From: an uncultured delta proteobacterium
GTDB taxonomy: Bacteria; Myxococcota_A; Polyangia; Palsa-1104
Length of the DNA: 64,000 nt
NCBI GenBank assembly: GCA_963785725.1
Contig: CAWAWS010000020.1
Location: forward strand, 288,001-352,000
Reading direction: 5' to 3'
Of the stretch, positions 52,691 through 63,128 are shown piece after piece. The position numbers and the translations under genes were made by a program. Each line of letters opens with the position of its first letter. The first letter of the stretch is position 1. Under the pieces are notes generated by a model. That model saw only the letters and a program-made list of their open reading frames with translations, was not told the origin of the DNA and did not search any database.

Positions 52691-53240
52691 TTGGCTTGCA
52701 AACTGCGACGTTCGGACTATGCTGCATGGCTGATGTTCGCCTTGGGTGCCTACATGCTGTCCGCGGTCGCGTCGTTGTCGACGTCGCTGCCGGCGCATGC
52801 CGAGCCGCTGGCGAGCACCTACGAGCAGGCCGCCTGCGACCCGTCGGACTCGGGCGAGTGCGCCCAAGAGCTCGACCTGGCGTTCACGTGGGCGCTGAGC
52901 GAGCTCGAATCTGCCACCGGCGCCGGCCGTGCTCGACTGCAGCGACTCGCGCATGCCCGACTTCGGCGGCTGGTGCGACCTGCCGCATCCGCAGTCGCCG
53001 CTGGCGCCGCGCGCGTCGAGCGTGCACAACGGCAGTCACGGCTTCGGCATGCGCGCCGGCCACGCGACCTCGACGCCGCCCTTGGCGTCACCGCAGCCGC
53101 CGAGCGACGACTCGCGCACGCTGCCGCCGTTGACGCTGACGTTCCTCATGCCACCGACGAGCGCCCCGCTCGTCCTGCATTACGTCGCGCATCACGTCGA
53201 TGCCCCCAGCCTCCGCCTCGAACGTCCGCCCCGCATCTAG
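52691..53240 (+). CDS. Secreted Cys/Pro-rich leader protein ending ...RLERPPRI (one frameshift near 52920)
   Basis: Signal peptide with AHA-E site (ORF 52691 frame) joined to ORF 52929-53240 by removing one base. Confidence 0.55.
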
Positions 53241-53307
53241 CGGTTTTCTTTTTCCGACATTTTGGTTCAGCAGCACAACTCCTACAGGGATAGGTACAGG
53301 TGTACCC

Positions 53308-55924
53308 ATGAGTAAAGGTCTCGCAATTATCGGAATGCTCGTTTCACTCGTGGTCGGTGTCTTCATCGGCCAGACGTGGAACCACTCGTCGTCGGAAGGC
53401 AGCGCGGCCAACGTGCCGGCCGCGGCGCTGCCCGACTCGACCGTCGAGCGCTTCAAGATCCCGACCGGCACCGCGCCGGCCAAGGGTCCCGAGCACGCCA
53501 AGGTCACCATCGTCGAGTACTCGGACTTCCAGTGCCCGTTCTGCTCGCGCGTCGAGCCGACGATCGACCAGATCATGAAGACGTACGGCAAGGACGTGCG
53601 CGTGCTGTGGAAGAACCAGCCGCTGCCGTTCCATCAGAACGCGATGCCGTCGGCCGAGATCGCGATGGCCGGCTACGCCAAGAAGGGCAACGACACCTTC
53701 TGGAAGCTGCACGACACGCTGTTCAAGAATCAGCAGCAGCTCGACGCGCCCGGACCTCGAGAAGTACGCCAAGGAGGCCGGCCTCTCGGACGACGACATC
53801 AAGGACGCGCTCGACGCCAAGAAGTTCGACGCGCAGATTCAGGCGGACTCGGCCGAAGGCACGAAGTTCGGCGCGCGCGGCACGCCGGCGTTCTTCATCA
53901 ACGGTCGCTCGCTCTCGGGCGCGCAGCCGTTCGACGCCTTCAAGAAGGTCATCGACGAGGAGATCGCGGCGGCGACGAAGGCGATGGCCAACGGCGCCAA
54001 GCTCGACAACGTCTACCAAGTGCTGACGTCGAACGGCAAGACGGCCGCGGGCGCGCCCGACGCGCCGAAGCCGCAGCAGGCGATGGCCGATCCGGCCGCC
54101 GTCTACAAGGTGCCGCTGGGCTCGTCGCCGGAAAAGGGTCAGAAGACGGCCAAGGTCACCATCGTCGAGTTCTCGGACTTCCAGTGCCCGTTCTGCTCGC
54201 GCGTCGAGCCGACCCTGACGCAGCTCGAGAAGGAGTACGGCAAGGACCTGCGCGTCGTGTGGAAGAACAGCCCGCTGCCGTTCCACCAGAACGCGATGCC
54301 GGCGGCCAAGGCGGCCGTGGCCGCGGCCGACGCAGGGCAAGTTCTGGGAGATGCACGACAAGATGTTCGCCGATCAGGCGCACCTCGATCAGGCGACGTT
54401 CGAGAAGTACGCCGGTGAGCTCGGCCTGAACATGTCGAAGTTCAAGGCGGCGATGGCCGATCCGAAGACCGACGCCGACATCAAGGCGGACATGGCGCTG
54501 GCGGAGAAGCTCGGCGCGCGCGGCACGCCCGGCTTCTTCATCAACGGTCGTCCGCTGCGCGGCGCGCAGCCGAAGGAGTCGTTCAAGGCGGTCATCGACA
54601 AGGAGATCACGGCGGCGGACGCGCTCTCGAAGAGCGGCACGAAGCCGGCCGACCTCTACACCGAGCTGACCAAGAACGGTAAAGAGAAGGCCGACGCGGG
54701 CGCGGCTCCGGCGGCGCAGCAGCGCCCGGGCCAGCCCGATCCGAACGCGGTCTACGCGCGGCCATCGAAGACGCGCCGGTCAAGGGCGCCGACGCCAAGC
54801 ACGCCAAGGTCACCATCGTGACGTGGTCGGACTTCCAGTGCCCGTTCTGCGGCCGCGTCGAGCCGACGCTCGATGCAGGTCATGCAGACCTACGGCAAGG
54901 ACGTGCGCATCGCGTTCAAGCAGCTACCCGCTGCCGTTCCACAACAACGCGCACGCGGCGGCCGAAGCGGCGCTGGCGGCCAAGGCCCAGGGCAAGTTCT
55001 GGGAGATGCACGACATCATGTTCAAGAACCAGCAGGCGCTCGATCGCGCCGTCGCTCGAGAAGTACGCGGCGCAGATCGGCCTCAACGTCGACAAGTTCA
55101 AGAGCGACCTCGACTCGGGCAAGTGGAAGGCGAAGGTCGACGCCGAGCAGGCCGAGGGCAACGAAGCTGGGCGCGCGCGGCACGCCGTCGTTCTTCATCA
55201 ACGGCAAGTCGCTTCGTCGGCGCGCAGCCGCTCGACGCCTTCAAGGCCAAGATCGACGCCGAGATCAAAGAAGCCGACGCCAAGGCGCACGGCAACTACG
55301 CCAAGTACTACGACGAGCTCATGAAGGGCGCGAAGACGGAAGTGCGCGGCGGCTCCGGCCGCGGCGCGCTCCGCCGTCGGACACGCAGGTCTACAAGGTC
55401 GATCCGGGCAACGGTCCGTCGGTGGGCCCGAAGAACGGCGCCGGTGCACGATCGTCGAGTTCTCGGACTTCCAGTGCCCGTTCTGCTCGCGCGTCGTCCC
55501 GACCGTCAAGCAGATCGAGGACAAGTACAAGGACAAGGTCCGCATCACGTGGCGCAACTATCCGCTGCCGTTCCACAACAACGCGATGGCGCGCGGCCGA
55601 AGCCGCGATGGCGGCCAACGCGCAGGGCAAGTTCTGGCCGATGCACGACAAGCTGTTCGCCAATCAGCAGGCAGCTCGATCGCCCGAACCTCGAGAAGTT
55701 CGCCAGTGAAGTCGGCCTCGACATGAGCCAGTTCAAGGCGGACCTCGACTCGCACAAGTACAAGGCGTCAGATCGACGCCGACGTGCAGTACGCCAACTC
55801 GCTCGGCGGCTCGGGCGGCTTCGGCACGCCGACGTTCTTCATCAACGGGCATAAGGTCGCCGGCGCCATGCCGATCGACGCCTTCGCCGCCATCATCGAC
55901 GGCGAGCTGAAGAACAAGCACTAA
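53308..55924 (+). CDS. DsbA/thioredoxin-fold protein with four tandem domains (frameshifted)
   Basis: Four SDFQCPFC motifs (~53530, ~54180, ~54835, ~55470), each followed by PLPFH and GTPxFFING; N-terminal TM anchor. Confidence 0.88.
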
Positions 55925-55951
55925 GACGTAGTCGCACTACACGTTTCACCT

Positions 55952-55986
55952 GAGCGGGGTTCCTTCGGGAGCCCCGCTCTTTTTTT
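55952..55986 (+). terminator. Rho-independent terminator
   Basis: GAGCGGGGTTCC-TTCG-GGAGCCCCGCTC followed by a T-run. Confidence 0.88.
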
Positions 55987-56048
55987 GCGCGCGAATGTGA
56001 GCCGCCGCGGTCGGACCAGCTCGCCGAGGCTGTGCTAGCATTGCCGGC

Positions 56049-57080
56049 ATGCTCATCCTCATGCACTCGACCGCCTCGCCGGCCGACGTGGACGCGGTCG
56101 CCGACAAGGTGCGCGCGCTCGGCTTCACGCCGCACAAAATGCCCGGCGCGCAGCGCATCGCCGTCGCCATCACGGGCAACTCGGGACCGGTCGACAGCGC
56201 CCACTTCGTGCATCTGAGCGGCGTCGCCGAGGCGGTGTCGATCTCGAAGCCGTTCAAGCTGGCATCGCGCGAGACGCATCCGCACGACACCGTCATCAAC
56301 ATCAAGACGCCGACGGCGACGGTCGCGTCGATCCTCGGCGGCGGCACGTTCGCGGTCATCGGCGGACCGTGCGCCGTCGAAGGGTACGAGCAGACGCTGG
56401 CGGCGGCGCGCGCGGTCAAAGCCGCGGGCGGCAAGTTCCTGCGCGGCGGCGCCTACAAGCCGCGCACGTCGCCCTACTCGTTCCAAGGCACCAAGCTCGA
56501 AGGCCTGAAGATTCTGTCCGAGGCCCGCAAAGAGACGGGGCTGCCGGTGGTGACCGAGGTGCTCGACACGACGCACATCGAGCAGGTCGCCGAGCACGTC
56601 GACATCCTGCAGATTGGTACGCGCAACGCGCAAAACTTCGCGCTCTTGGAGGCGGTGTCGTCGATCCGCAAGCCGGTGCTGCTCAAGCGCGGCATGTCGT
56701 CGACGATTCAGGAGTTCTTGATGGCCGCCGAGTACATCGTCAAGGGCGGCAACTATCAGGTCATCTTGTGCGAGCGCGGCATTCGCACGTTCGAGCCGAT
56801 GACGCGCAACACGCTCGACCTCGGCTCGGTGCCGCTCATCAAACGGCTGACGCACTTGCCGATCATCGTCGACCCGTCGCACGGCACGGGCGACAGCGTG
56901 CTCGTGAGGCCGATGGCGCGCGCGGCGCTGGCGGCGGGCGCGGACGGCGTCATGGTCGACGTGCATCCCGAGCCCGAGAAGGCGCTGTGCGACGGCCCGC
57001 AGTCGCTGCGTCCGTCGGAGTTCTCCGCGCTCATGGACGAATTGCGCGCCATCGCCGCGGTCATGAAAGTGACGATGTGA
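56049..57080 (+). CDS. aroF: DAHP synthase (type I-beta) with N-terminal regulatory domain
   Basis: [48 protein letters not shown]. Confidence 0.93.
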   Translation: MLILMHSTASPADVDAVADKVRALGFTPHKMPGAQRIAVAITGNSGPVDSAHFVHLSGVAEAVSISKPFKLASRETHPHDTVINIKTPTATVASILGGGTFAVIGGPCAVEGYEQTLAAARAVKAAGGKFLRGGAYKPRTSPYSFQGTKLEGLKILSEARKETGLPVVTEVLDTTHIEQVAEHVDILQIGTRNAQNFALLEAVSSIRKPVLLKRGMSSTIQEFLMAAEYIVKGGNYQVILCERGIRTFEPMTRNTLDLGSVPLIKRLTHLPIIVDPSHGTGDSVLVRPMARAALAAGADGVMVDVHPEPEKALCDGPQSLRPSEFSALMDELRAIAAVMKVTM

Positions 57081-57319
57081 AGGCGCTGACGCTGTACACG
57101 CGAGTGGGCTGCCACTTGTGCGACGTGATGAAGGAGCGGCTGGACGTGATCGGTCAAACGCATCCATTTACGCTGCAGCTCGTCGATATCGACCAAGATC
57201 CGACGCTGAAGCAGCAGTACGACCACGAGGTCCCGGTGCTGCTCGTCGACGGCGCCAAAGTGGCGAAGTACCGGCTCGACGAAGCCATGCTGCTGCGACG
57301 GCTGGAGAATCGAGCGTGA
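57077..57319 (+). CDS. Glutaredoxin-like protein (DUF836 type)
   Basis: [29 protein letters not shown] overlap with aroF. Confidence 0.85.
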   Translation: MKALTLYTRVGCHLCDVMKERLDVIGQTHPFTLQLVDIDQDPTLKQQYDHEVPVLLVDGAKVAKYRLDEAMLLRRLENRA

Positions 57320-57948
57320 GCGCGGACGACGAATCGAAAGCGGCGCCGGCGCCGACGTTGTTGCGCGCGGTCGCCTACGGCACGGCCGCCGTGGTGACGG
57401 CGATTTTGGTCGTGCTCTATGGTCGCGCCTTGCCGGACGCGATGAAGCGGGCGCACGACGGCGAGCATGCCGGACGCGAAGCCGCGTGCGAGTCGCTGCA
57501 GCCGGCGCCGGGCAACGCGACCTTGGGCCAGCTGCCGGTGGCGGCGCCCGACTTCGCGCTCAAGGATTACGCCGGCCGTGAAACGAAGCTGTCGTCGCTC
57601 AAGGGCAACGTCGTGCTCGTGAACTTCTGGGCCACGTGGTGCGGCACCTGCGTCGTCGAGATGCCGTCGATGGAGAAGCTCGTCGAGAAGGAGCACGGCA
57701 AAGCGTTCCGCCTGCTCGCCGTCAGCGTCGACGACGGCTGGCCGGAGATTCGCAAGTTCTTCGCCAAGGGCACGCCGCTCGAGGTGCTGCTCGACACGAC
57801 GCGCGAGGTGCCGAAGAAATGGGGCACCGAGAAGTTCCCCGAGTCGTTCATCATCGATAAGGACGGCAACATTCGTTATTACGTCGTCAGCAATCGCGAC
57901 TGGAGCACGCCCGCCGTCTCCGCTTGCATCGACGCCATGCTCGATTGA
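57316..57948 (+). CDS. TlpA/ResA family disulfide reductase
   Basis: TM anchor, [28 protein letters not shown]. Confidence 0.9.
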   Translation: MSADDESKAAPAPTLLRAVAYGTAAVVTAILVVLYGRALPDAMKRAHDGEHAGREAACESLQPAPGNATLGQLPVAAPDFALKDYAGRETKLSSLKGNVVLVNFWATWCGTCVVEMPSMEKLVEKEHGKAFRLLAVSVDDGWPEIRKFFAKGTPLEVLLDTTREVPKKWGTEKFPESFIIDKDGNIRYYVVSNRDWSTPAVSACIDAMLD

Positions 57949-58045
57949 TCGCGCCCGCGTCGCCCGCGACGCGCGAATTCCCGCGAAACCAAGTGTGAGC
58001 TAACGCGCTCGTGGAATTCGGCGGCGGCGGTTATGCTGCGCCACC

Positions 58046-60070
58046 ATGAGATCAACAATCGCATTCGCCCTCGCCGGCGTGCTCGCGCTGGCCGGCACGG
58101 CCGCCGCGACGCCACCCAAGCCCGGCGTCATCAAGCGCAACATCATCATGCAGAAGCGGCAGGCGGGTACGTCGATCGTGACGACGGCGCCCGACGGCAC
58201 GATCAAGATCGTCCTCGACATGGTGGAGAACGGACGCGGCCCGCACTTCGACGACACGCTGCGGCTCGGGCCCGACGGCACGCCGGTGGCGTTCACGGCG
58301 GCCGGTCATCACACGTTCGGCGCCGTCGTGCACGAAGAGTTCACCCGCCAAGGCGATCACGCGCGCTGGAAGAGCGAGGAAGAGAGCGGCGAGCGCGACG
58401 TCAAAGGCCCGGCCTTCTTCGTGCCCGTGTCCGACCTCTTCGAAACCTACGGCTGGATCATCGAAGCGGCCATCGCCCACGGCGGCAAGCTGGCGCTGCT
58501 GCCCGGCGGTGAAGTGCGCGTCGAGAAGCTGACCGACATGACCGTCAAAGTGGGCGCGCAGTCGCGGCACTTGACCGACTACGGCTATATCGGCCTCGAC
58601 TTGATCCGCGGCCACGTGTGGATGAACGACGACGGCACCTTCTTCGGCTTCGTCTTCGCCGGCTTCTCGTTCGTGCCCGACGGCTGGGAGAGCGTCGCCG
58701 ACACGCTCGTCGCCAAGCAGGAGGCGCTCGACCGCGCGCACGACGCGCAGCTGGCGGCGACGTTCGCGCACAAGCCGCCCGCGGCCGGCCTCGTCTACAC
58801 GCACGCGCGCGTGCTCGACGTCGAGCACGGCAAGTGGCTCGCCGACAGCGCCGTCGTCGTCGCCGGCGACAAGATCCTGGCCGTCGGGCCGACCAAATCC
58901 GTACGCATTCCGCCGGGCGCCGAAGTGGTCGACCTCGGCGGCAAGGCGCTCATCCCCGGCTTGTGGGACATGCACGCGCACTTCGGCGACGCCGATGGCC
59001 TGCTCGACGTCGCCTCGGGCGTGACCAGCGTTCGCGACGTCGGCAACAATCCCGACAAGCTCGACGACTACAAGAAGCGGTTCGACGAGGACAGCGCCAT
59101 CGGCCCGCACGTCTATCGCTTCGGCTTCATCGAGGGGCGCAATCCCAAGGCCGCGTCGAGCAAAGTCACCGCCGAGACCGAGGCCGAAGCCATCGCCGGC
59201 GTCGAGTTCTTCGCCAAGCGCCACTACGACGGCATCAAAATCTACAACTCGGTCAAGCCCGAGCTCGTGCCCATCATCGCGCGCGAGGCGCACAAACGCG
59301 GCATGGCGGTCACCGGCCACATTCCCGTGCACATGCTCGCCAACGAGGCGGTGCGCGCCGGCTACGACGGCATCGAGCATATCAACATGTTGTTTTTGAA
59401 CTTCTTCGCCACGCACGACACCGATACGCGCGACACGACGCGCTTTACGCTCGTCGGCGACAAGGCGGCGTCCTTCGATCTGAATGGCAAGCCGATGCGC
59501 GACTTCATTCAGCTGCTCAAAGATCACCACACGATCATCGATCCGACGGTCAACGCCTTCGAGGATCTGCTCGTCGGACAGTCGGGCAAGATCACGCCCG
59601 GCCTGGAGGTCACGGTGGCGCGGCTGCCGCTGCTCTTGCAGCGGCAGTATCGCTCGGGCGGGCTGCCGCTCGGCGACAAGACGCAGCTCTATCACGACTC
59701 GTTCGAGAAGCAGCTGGCGCTGGTGAAGCTGCTCGCCGACGACAAAGTGCCGCTCGTCGTCGGCACCGATTCCTTGGCCGGGCTGTTCCTGCATCACGAG
59801 ATGGCGCTGTTCGTGCGCGCCGGGATTTCGCCGGCGGCGACGCTGCGCATGGCGACGCTCGACTCGGCGCGCGCGCTGCATCAGGACGCGCACACCGGCT
59901 CGATCGCGGCCGGCAAGAGCGCGGATCTCGTCGTCATCGACGGCGATCCGCTGGCCAACATCGCCGACATCGGCAAAGTCGTGACGACGATGCGCGGCGG
60001 GCTCGTGTTCACGTCGCCCCCGCTGTACGAGGCGATGGGCGTCCAGCCGCTCGCCAATGCCCGCCCTTGA
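58046..60070 (+). CDS. Secreted metal-dependent amidohydrolase
   Basis: Signal peptide; PGLWDMHAH, IKIY, GH, IEH, GTD, GKSADLV. Confidence 0.88.
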   Translation: MRSTIAFALAGVLALAGTAAATPPKPGVIKRNIIMQKRQAGTSIVTTAPDGTIKIVLDMVENGRGPHFDDTLRLGPDGTPVAFTAAGHHTFGAVVHEEFTRQGDHARWKSEEESGERDVKGPAFFVPVSDLFETYGWIIEAAIAHGGKLALLPGGEVRVEKLTDMTVKVGAQSRHLTDYGYIGLDLIRGHVWMNDDGTFFGFVFAGFSFVPDGWESVADTLVAKQEALDRAHDAQLAATFAHKPPAAGLVYTHARVLDVEHGKWLADSAVVVAGDKILAVGPTKSVRIPPGAEVVDLGGKALIPGLWDMHAHFGDADGLLDVASGVTSVRDVGNNPDKLDDYKKRFDEDSAIGPHVYRFGFIEGRNPKAASSKVTAETEAEAIAGVEFFAKRHYDGIKIYNSVKPELVPIIAREAHKRGMAVTGHIPVHMLANEAVRAGYDGIEHINMLFLNFFATHDTDTRDTTRFTLVGDKAASFDLNGKPMRDFIQLLKDHHTIIDPTVNAFEDLLVGQSGKITPGLEVTVARLPLLLQRQYRSGGLPLGDKTQLYHDSFEKQLALVKLLADDKVPLVVGTDSLAGLFLHHEMALFVRAGISPAATLRMATLDSARALHQDAHTGSIAAGKSADLVVIDGDPLANIADIGKVVTTMRGGLVFTSPPLYEAMGVQPLANARP

Positions 60071-60097
60071 TTCATCCCTGCTAATCCGAGGCGCGCG

Positions 60098-63000
60098 CTA
60101 AAACGGCGCGTTCAGTAAGAAATAGACCTGATTTCCGCCGCCGGCGTTGACGCCGTGCGCATATCCGAGCTGCAGCGCCGCGCCGTAATAATAGGCGTAA
60201 TCGATCTCCAATATCGCTTCGGCGCCCACGCCCAGCTTCAGCTTGTCGAACGAGAATCCGTTGTTGAAGGCGTTGCCATAATCGGCGAATGCCTTGGCGT
60301 GTAATCGCCGCAAATAGAGCGGAAACGTGTCGATACTGCGTTCAATCCACACGATCGGAAAGCGATATTCGGCGTTGAGCACGTGAAACTGATCGCCGAC
60401 CTGCGACGCGTAAGGGTAACCGCGCAGCGACGCCGTTCCCGGACGCGAGAAGTCGTAGATCGATTGCAGCAGGTTCTGCGGCGGATAACCGCCGAGCACG
60501 AAGCTCGACTTATGCGTCGGATCGCCGCCGGAAATACCGCCCGAATAGGCGAGCCACAAGACATGATTGCGTAAGAAGCGGCTGGGCCAAGGAATGGGAA
60601 TCCATTCGTTGTAATACCAGCTGGCCGAATAGGTCTCGTATTGCGAGCCGAGCACGCGCGTGCCGATGGCCAGATTGAGCGATAGATAACGCCCCTCTTC
60701 GGTCGATATCGAATATTGATAGCGGCGCGCGTTCGAATAGACCCACGTCGCCGCCAAGCCGGCGATATTTCCCGTCGCCGGATAGACCGGAATCAGCGCC
60801 GACGGATCGGGCGTCGCCTTCTTGGTCTCGTTCCGCGTATTGGTGAAGTCGTAGGAAAATATGAGGTCGGAATATTCGACGATATGGCGATAAATCGGTA
60901 AATCCATACTCGTACCGACCGACCAGATATCGGCGTTCCAGCCGACGTCGACGCCGTTGATGATTTCGCCGGCGCGCTTCTGCAATTGGCGCGAGACGCC
61001 CATATTGAGCGACGGCCATAAGCCGGTATACGAATAGTTCGCCGCGAACTGCACGTCGTCGGAGCGGCCGGTGCCGAAGCCGAGCTGCAAGCTCCACGAT
61101 TGGCGCCCGACGACGTCGGTGCCCGACAGCTTGAAGCCGATGATCTCGCCATAGCCGTCGGGATTGGCGTACGGCGACCACGTCCACGGAATGAGCGTGC
61201 TCAGCGGATTGTAGCGGCGATGCGGCAACGTCGGGCCGTCGGGCGGCACTTCACCGTCGGGGCGATCGACGATCGCCGGCTCGGCTTCGTGCCACGTCGA
61301 GCGATCGAGCACCGCCGTCTGCAGGTCGTAGCCGTCGGAGTGAAAGCCGACGAAGGCCAGCATTTTACCATCGGGCGAGATGGCCGGATCGAACACGCCT
61401 TCGAGCACGTTCGTCACTTGCCAGGTCTTGCCGGTCTCGAATTCGAACGCGAACAAGTTGTAGACGCCCGTGCGATCGCTGACGAAATAGAGCAATTTCC
61501 CGTCGGGCGAATAACGCGGCTCGAGATCATAAGAACGATCGTTCGTAATACGAACAATCTCCCGCGTCTGTAGATTCATCGTGTAAATGTCGCGAAATCC
61601 GCCTTTGCGCCACCACGAGAACGCGATCGATTGACCATCCGGCGAATAGACCGGCGTATAGGCGTGCTCCATGTTGGCGACGGGGATGATCGTCTCGATC
61701 GTCCCGTCGCCGTCGACGGCGAGCCGGCCCAAGCCGCGCGACGAATTGCCGGTCATTTCGAACACGACCCAGCGGCCGTCGGGCGAGAGCGCCGGATTCC
61801 AGGCGCGCGCGCCGTCAGTCAACCGGCGCTTTTCGTGCTTCACGCGGTCATAGAGAAAGACGTCATTGAAGTAATAGTTGGTGTGCCAAACGGTCTGCTC
61901 GTGAAACGCGATATAACGACCATCGCCGCTCAGCGACGGGCCGCCGGCGGCGTCGGTGAGCACCTCCGTCTTCTGCCACGGCATGCGCGCGCCGATCTTG
62001 GGCGCGATCGGGCCATTGGCCGGCAAGCGCGCGATGCGCTGCCGCGTAAAGCCGTCATAGCGCAGCACGATGATCTCTTTGCCGTCGGGCGTGAACACCG
62101 GCCGCGCCGGCCCCGACGGATCGGGCGGCGACAATTCGCGCGTCACCGTGATCGGCCCACGCTCTTGAATAGCCGCGCGCTGCTTCCGATAACGATCGGT
62201 CAGCTCCGCTTTGAAGTCGCGATAGAGCTCGATCCAGGTCTTGCCCGTGACGTGCTTGATGCTGCGACTCATTCCGCCGGGAATGCACGACGAGCCGTAG
62301 TCGCGCGACATCTTCAAGAGCGCGCCTTCGCCGTAATGCTCGGCCACGAAGCGCGTCAACGCCGAGCCGTACAAATAAGCGGCATTTCCAAAGGGAAACT
62401 GATTGGGCGAGACCGATATCTGATCGATTCTTTGAAAGCGGTTTTCCAGCGTTTGCGTGCGTAAATACATATCCCATATCGCGTTACGCAGACGTCCGGC
62501 GGCGGTGCGCGCGGTCTCCTCGAAGACCGCCAAGCCTTCCAATCCCCAGCGCGGCTGAAATTGATTGGGCGGATAAATGGTGCCGACGCCGAGGCCGAGC
62601 ACGGCGTTGATGATCTTGGCGCAAGGCCCGCCGATCGTTCCCGTATGCAGAATATGCGTATATTCGTGCATGACGAGATCGGTCAGCCAATCGTCGTAAT
62701 CATTGAGCTCGGCGCGATCGTCGGGTGAATTGGCATATAACGTAATCGCCGGATAAGGGTAAACGCCGGCAAAGCCGTTATAGTCGTCGATGTCATCGGT
62801 CACGACGATATGGGTCTTCTTGTCGAGCCCTTTACCGAGCACCGGCGTCAGCTTGCGCCAGGCATTCTCGGTGGTGACGGCCAGCCGCTGCGCCACCGGC
62901 TCTTCGCCGCCGCCATGCGGCAGCGTGTAGTAGTGAATGAGGAAGTGCGGCGTCTCGATCGTATGCCAGACGCGCGCGGGATCGTCGGCGCGCGCGTCTC

Positions 63001-63118
63001 CGGCTAGTGCGAGCAGCGACAGCGCGGCCACGATCGCGCCGGCCAGCGGCGTGCGCCGCGCCGCCGTCAACAGCTCGACCCCGACGGCGAATGCGAGGCC
63101 GAGAGGACTACCGCCCAC
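60098..63118 (-). CDS. Zincin-like + PD40/TolB propeller + Omp85-type barrel outer membrane protein
   Basis: HEYTH...EGLA; repeated SPDG; C-terminal LRGY, NAEYRFP, FADYGNA, terminal F; true start may lie downstream of 63118. Confidence 0.8.
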   Translation of the reverse strand: MGGSPLGLAFAVGVELLTAARRTPLAGAIVAALSLLALAGDARADDPARVWHTIETPHFLIHYYTLPHGGGEEPVAQRLAVTTENAWRKLTPVLGKGLDKKTHIVVTDDIDDYNGFAGVYPYPAITLYANSPDDRAELNDYDDWLTDLVMHEYTHILHTGTIGGPCAKIINAVLGLGVGTIYPPNQFQPRWGLEGLAVFEETARTAAGRLRNAIWDMYLRTQTLENRFQRIDQISVSPNQFPFGNAAYLYGSALTRFVAEHYGEGALLKMSRDYGSSCIPGGMSRSIKHVTGKTWIELYRDFKAELTDRYRKQRAAIQERGPITVTRELSPPDPSGPARPVFTPDGKEIIVLRYDGFTRQRIARLPANGPIAPKIGARMPWQKTEVLTDAAGGPSLSGDGRYIAFHEQTVWHTNYYFNDVFLYDRVKHEKRRLTDGARAWNPALSPDGRWVVFEMTGNSSRGLGRLAVDGDGTIETIIPVANMEHAYTPVYSPDGQSIAFSWWRKGGFRDIYTMNLQTREIVRITNDRSYDLEPRYSPDGKLLYFVSDRTGVYNLFAFEFETGKTWQVTNVLEGVFDPAISPDGKMLAFVGFHSDGYDLQTAVLDRSTWHEAEPAIVDRPDGEVPPDGPTLPHRRYNPLSTLIPWTWSPYANPDGYGEIIGFKLSGTDVVGRQSWSLQLGFGTGRSDDVQFAANYSYTGLWPSLNMGVSRQLQKRAGEIINGVDVGWNADIWSVGTSMDLPIYRHIVEYSDLIFSYDFTNTRNETKKATPDPSALIPVYPATGNIAGLAATWVYSNARRYQYSISTEEGRYLSLNLAIGTRVLGSQYETYSASWYYNEWIPIPWPSRFLRNHVLWLAYSGGISGGDPTHKSSFVLGGYPPQNLLQSIYDFSRPGTASLRGYPYASQVGDQFHVLNAEYRFPIVWIERSIDTFPLYLRRLHAKAFADYGNAFNNGFSFDKLKLGVGAEAILEIDYAYYYGAALQLGYAHGVNAGGGNQVYFLLNAPF

Positions 63119-63128
63119 GCGGGACGGA

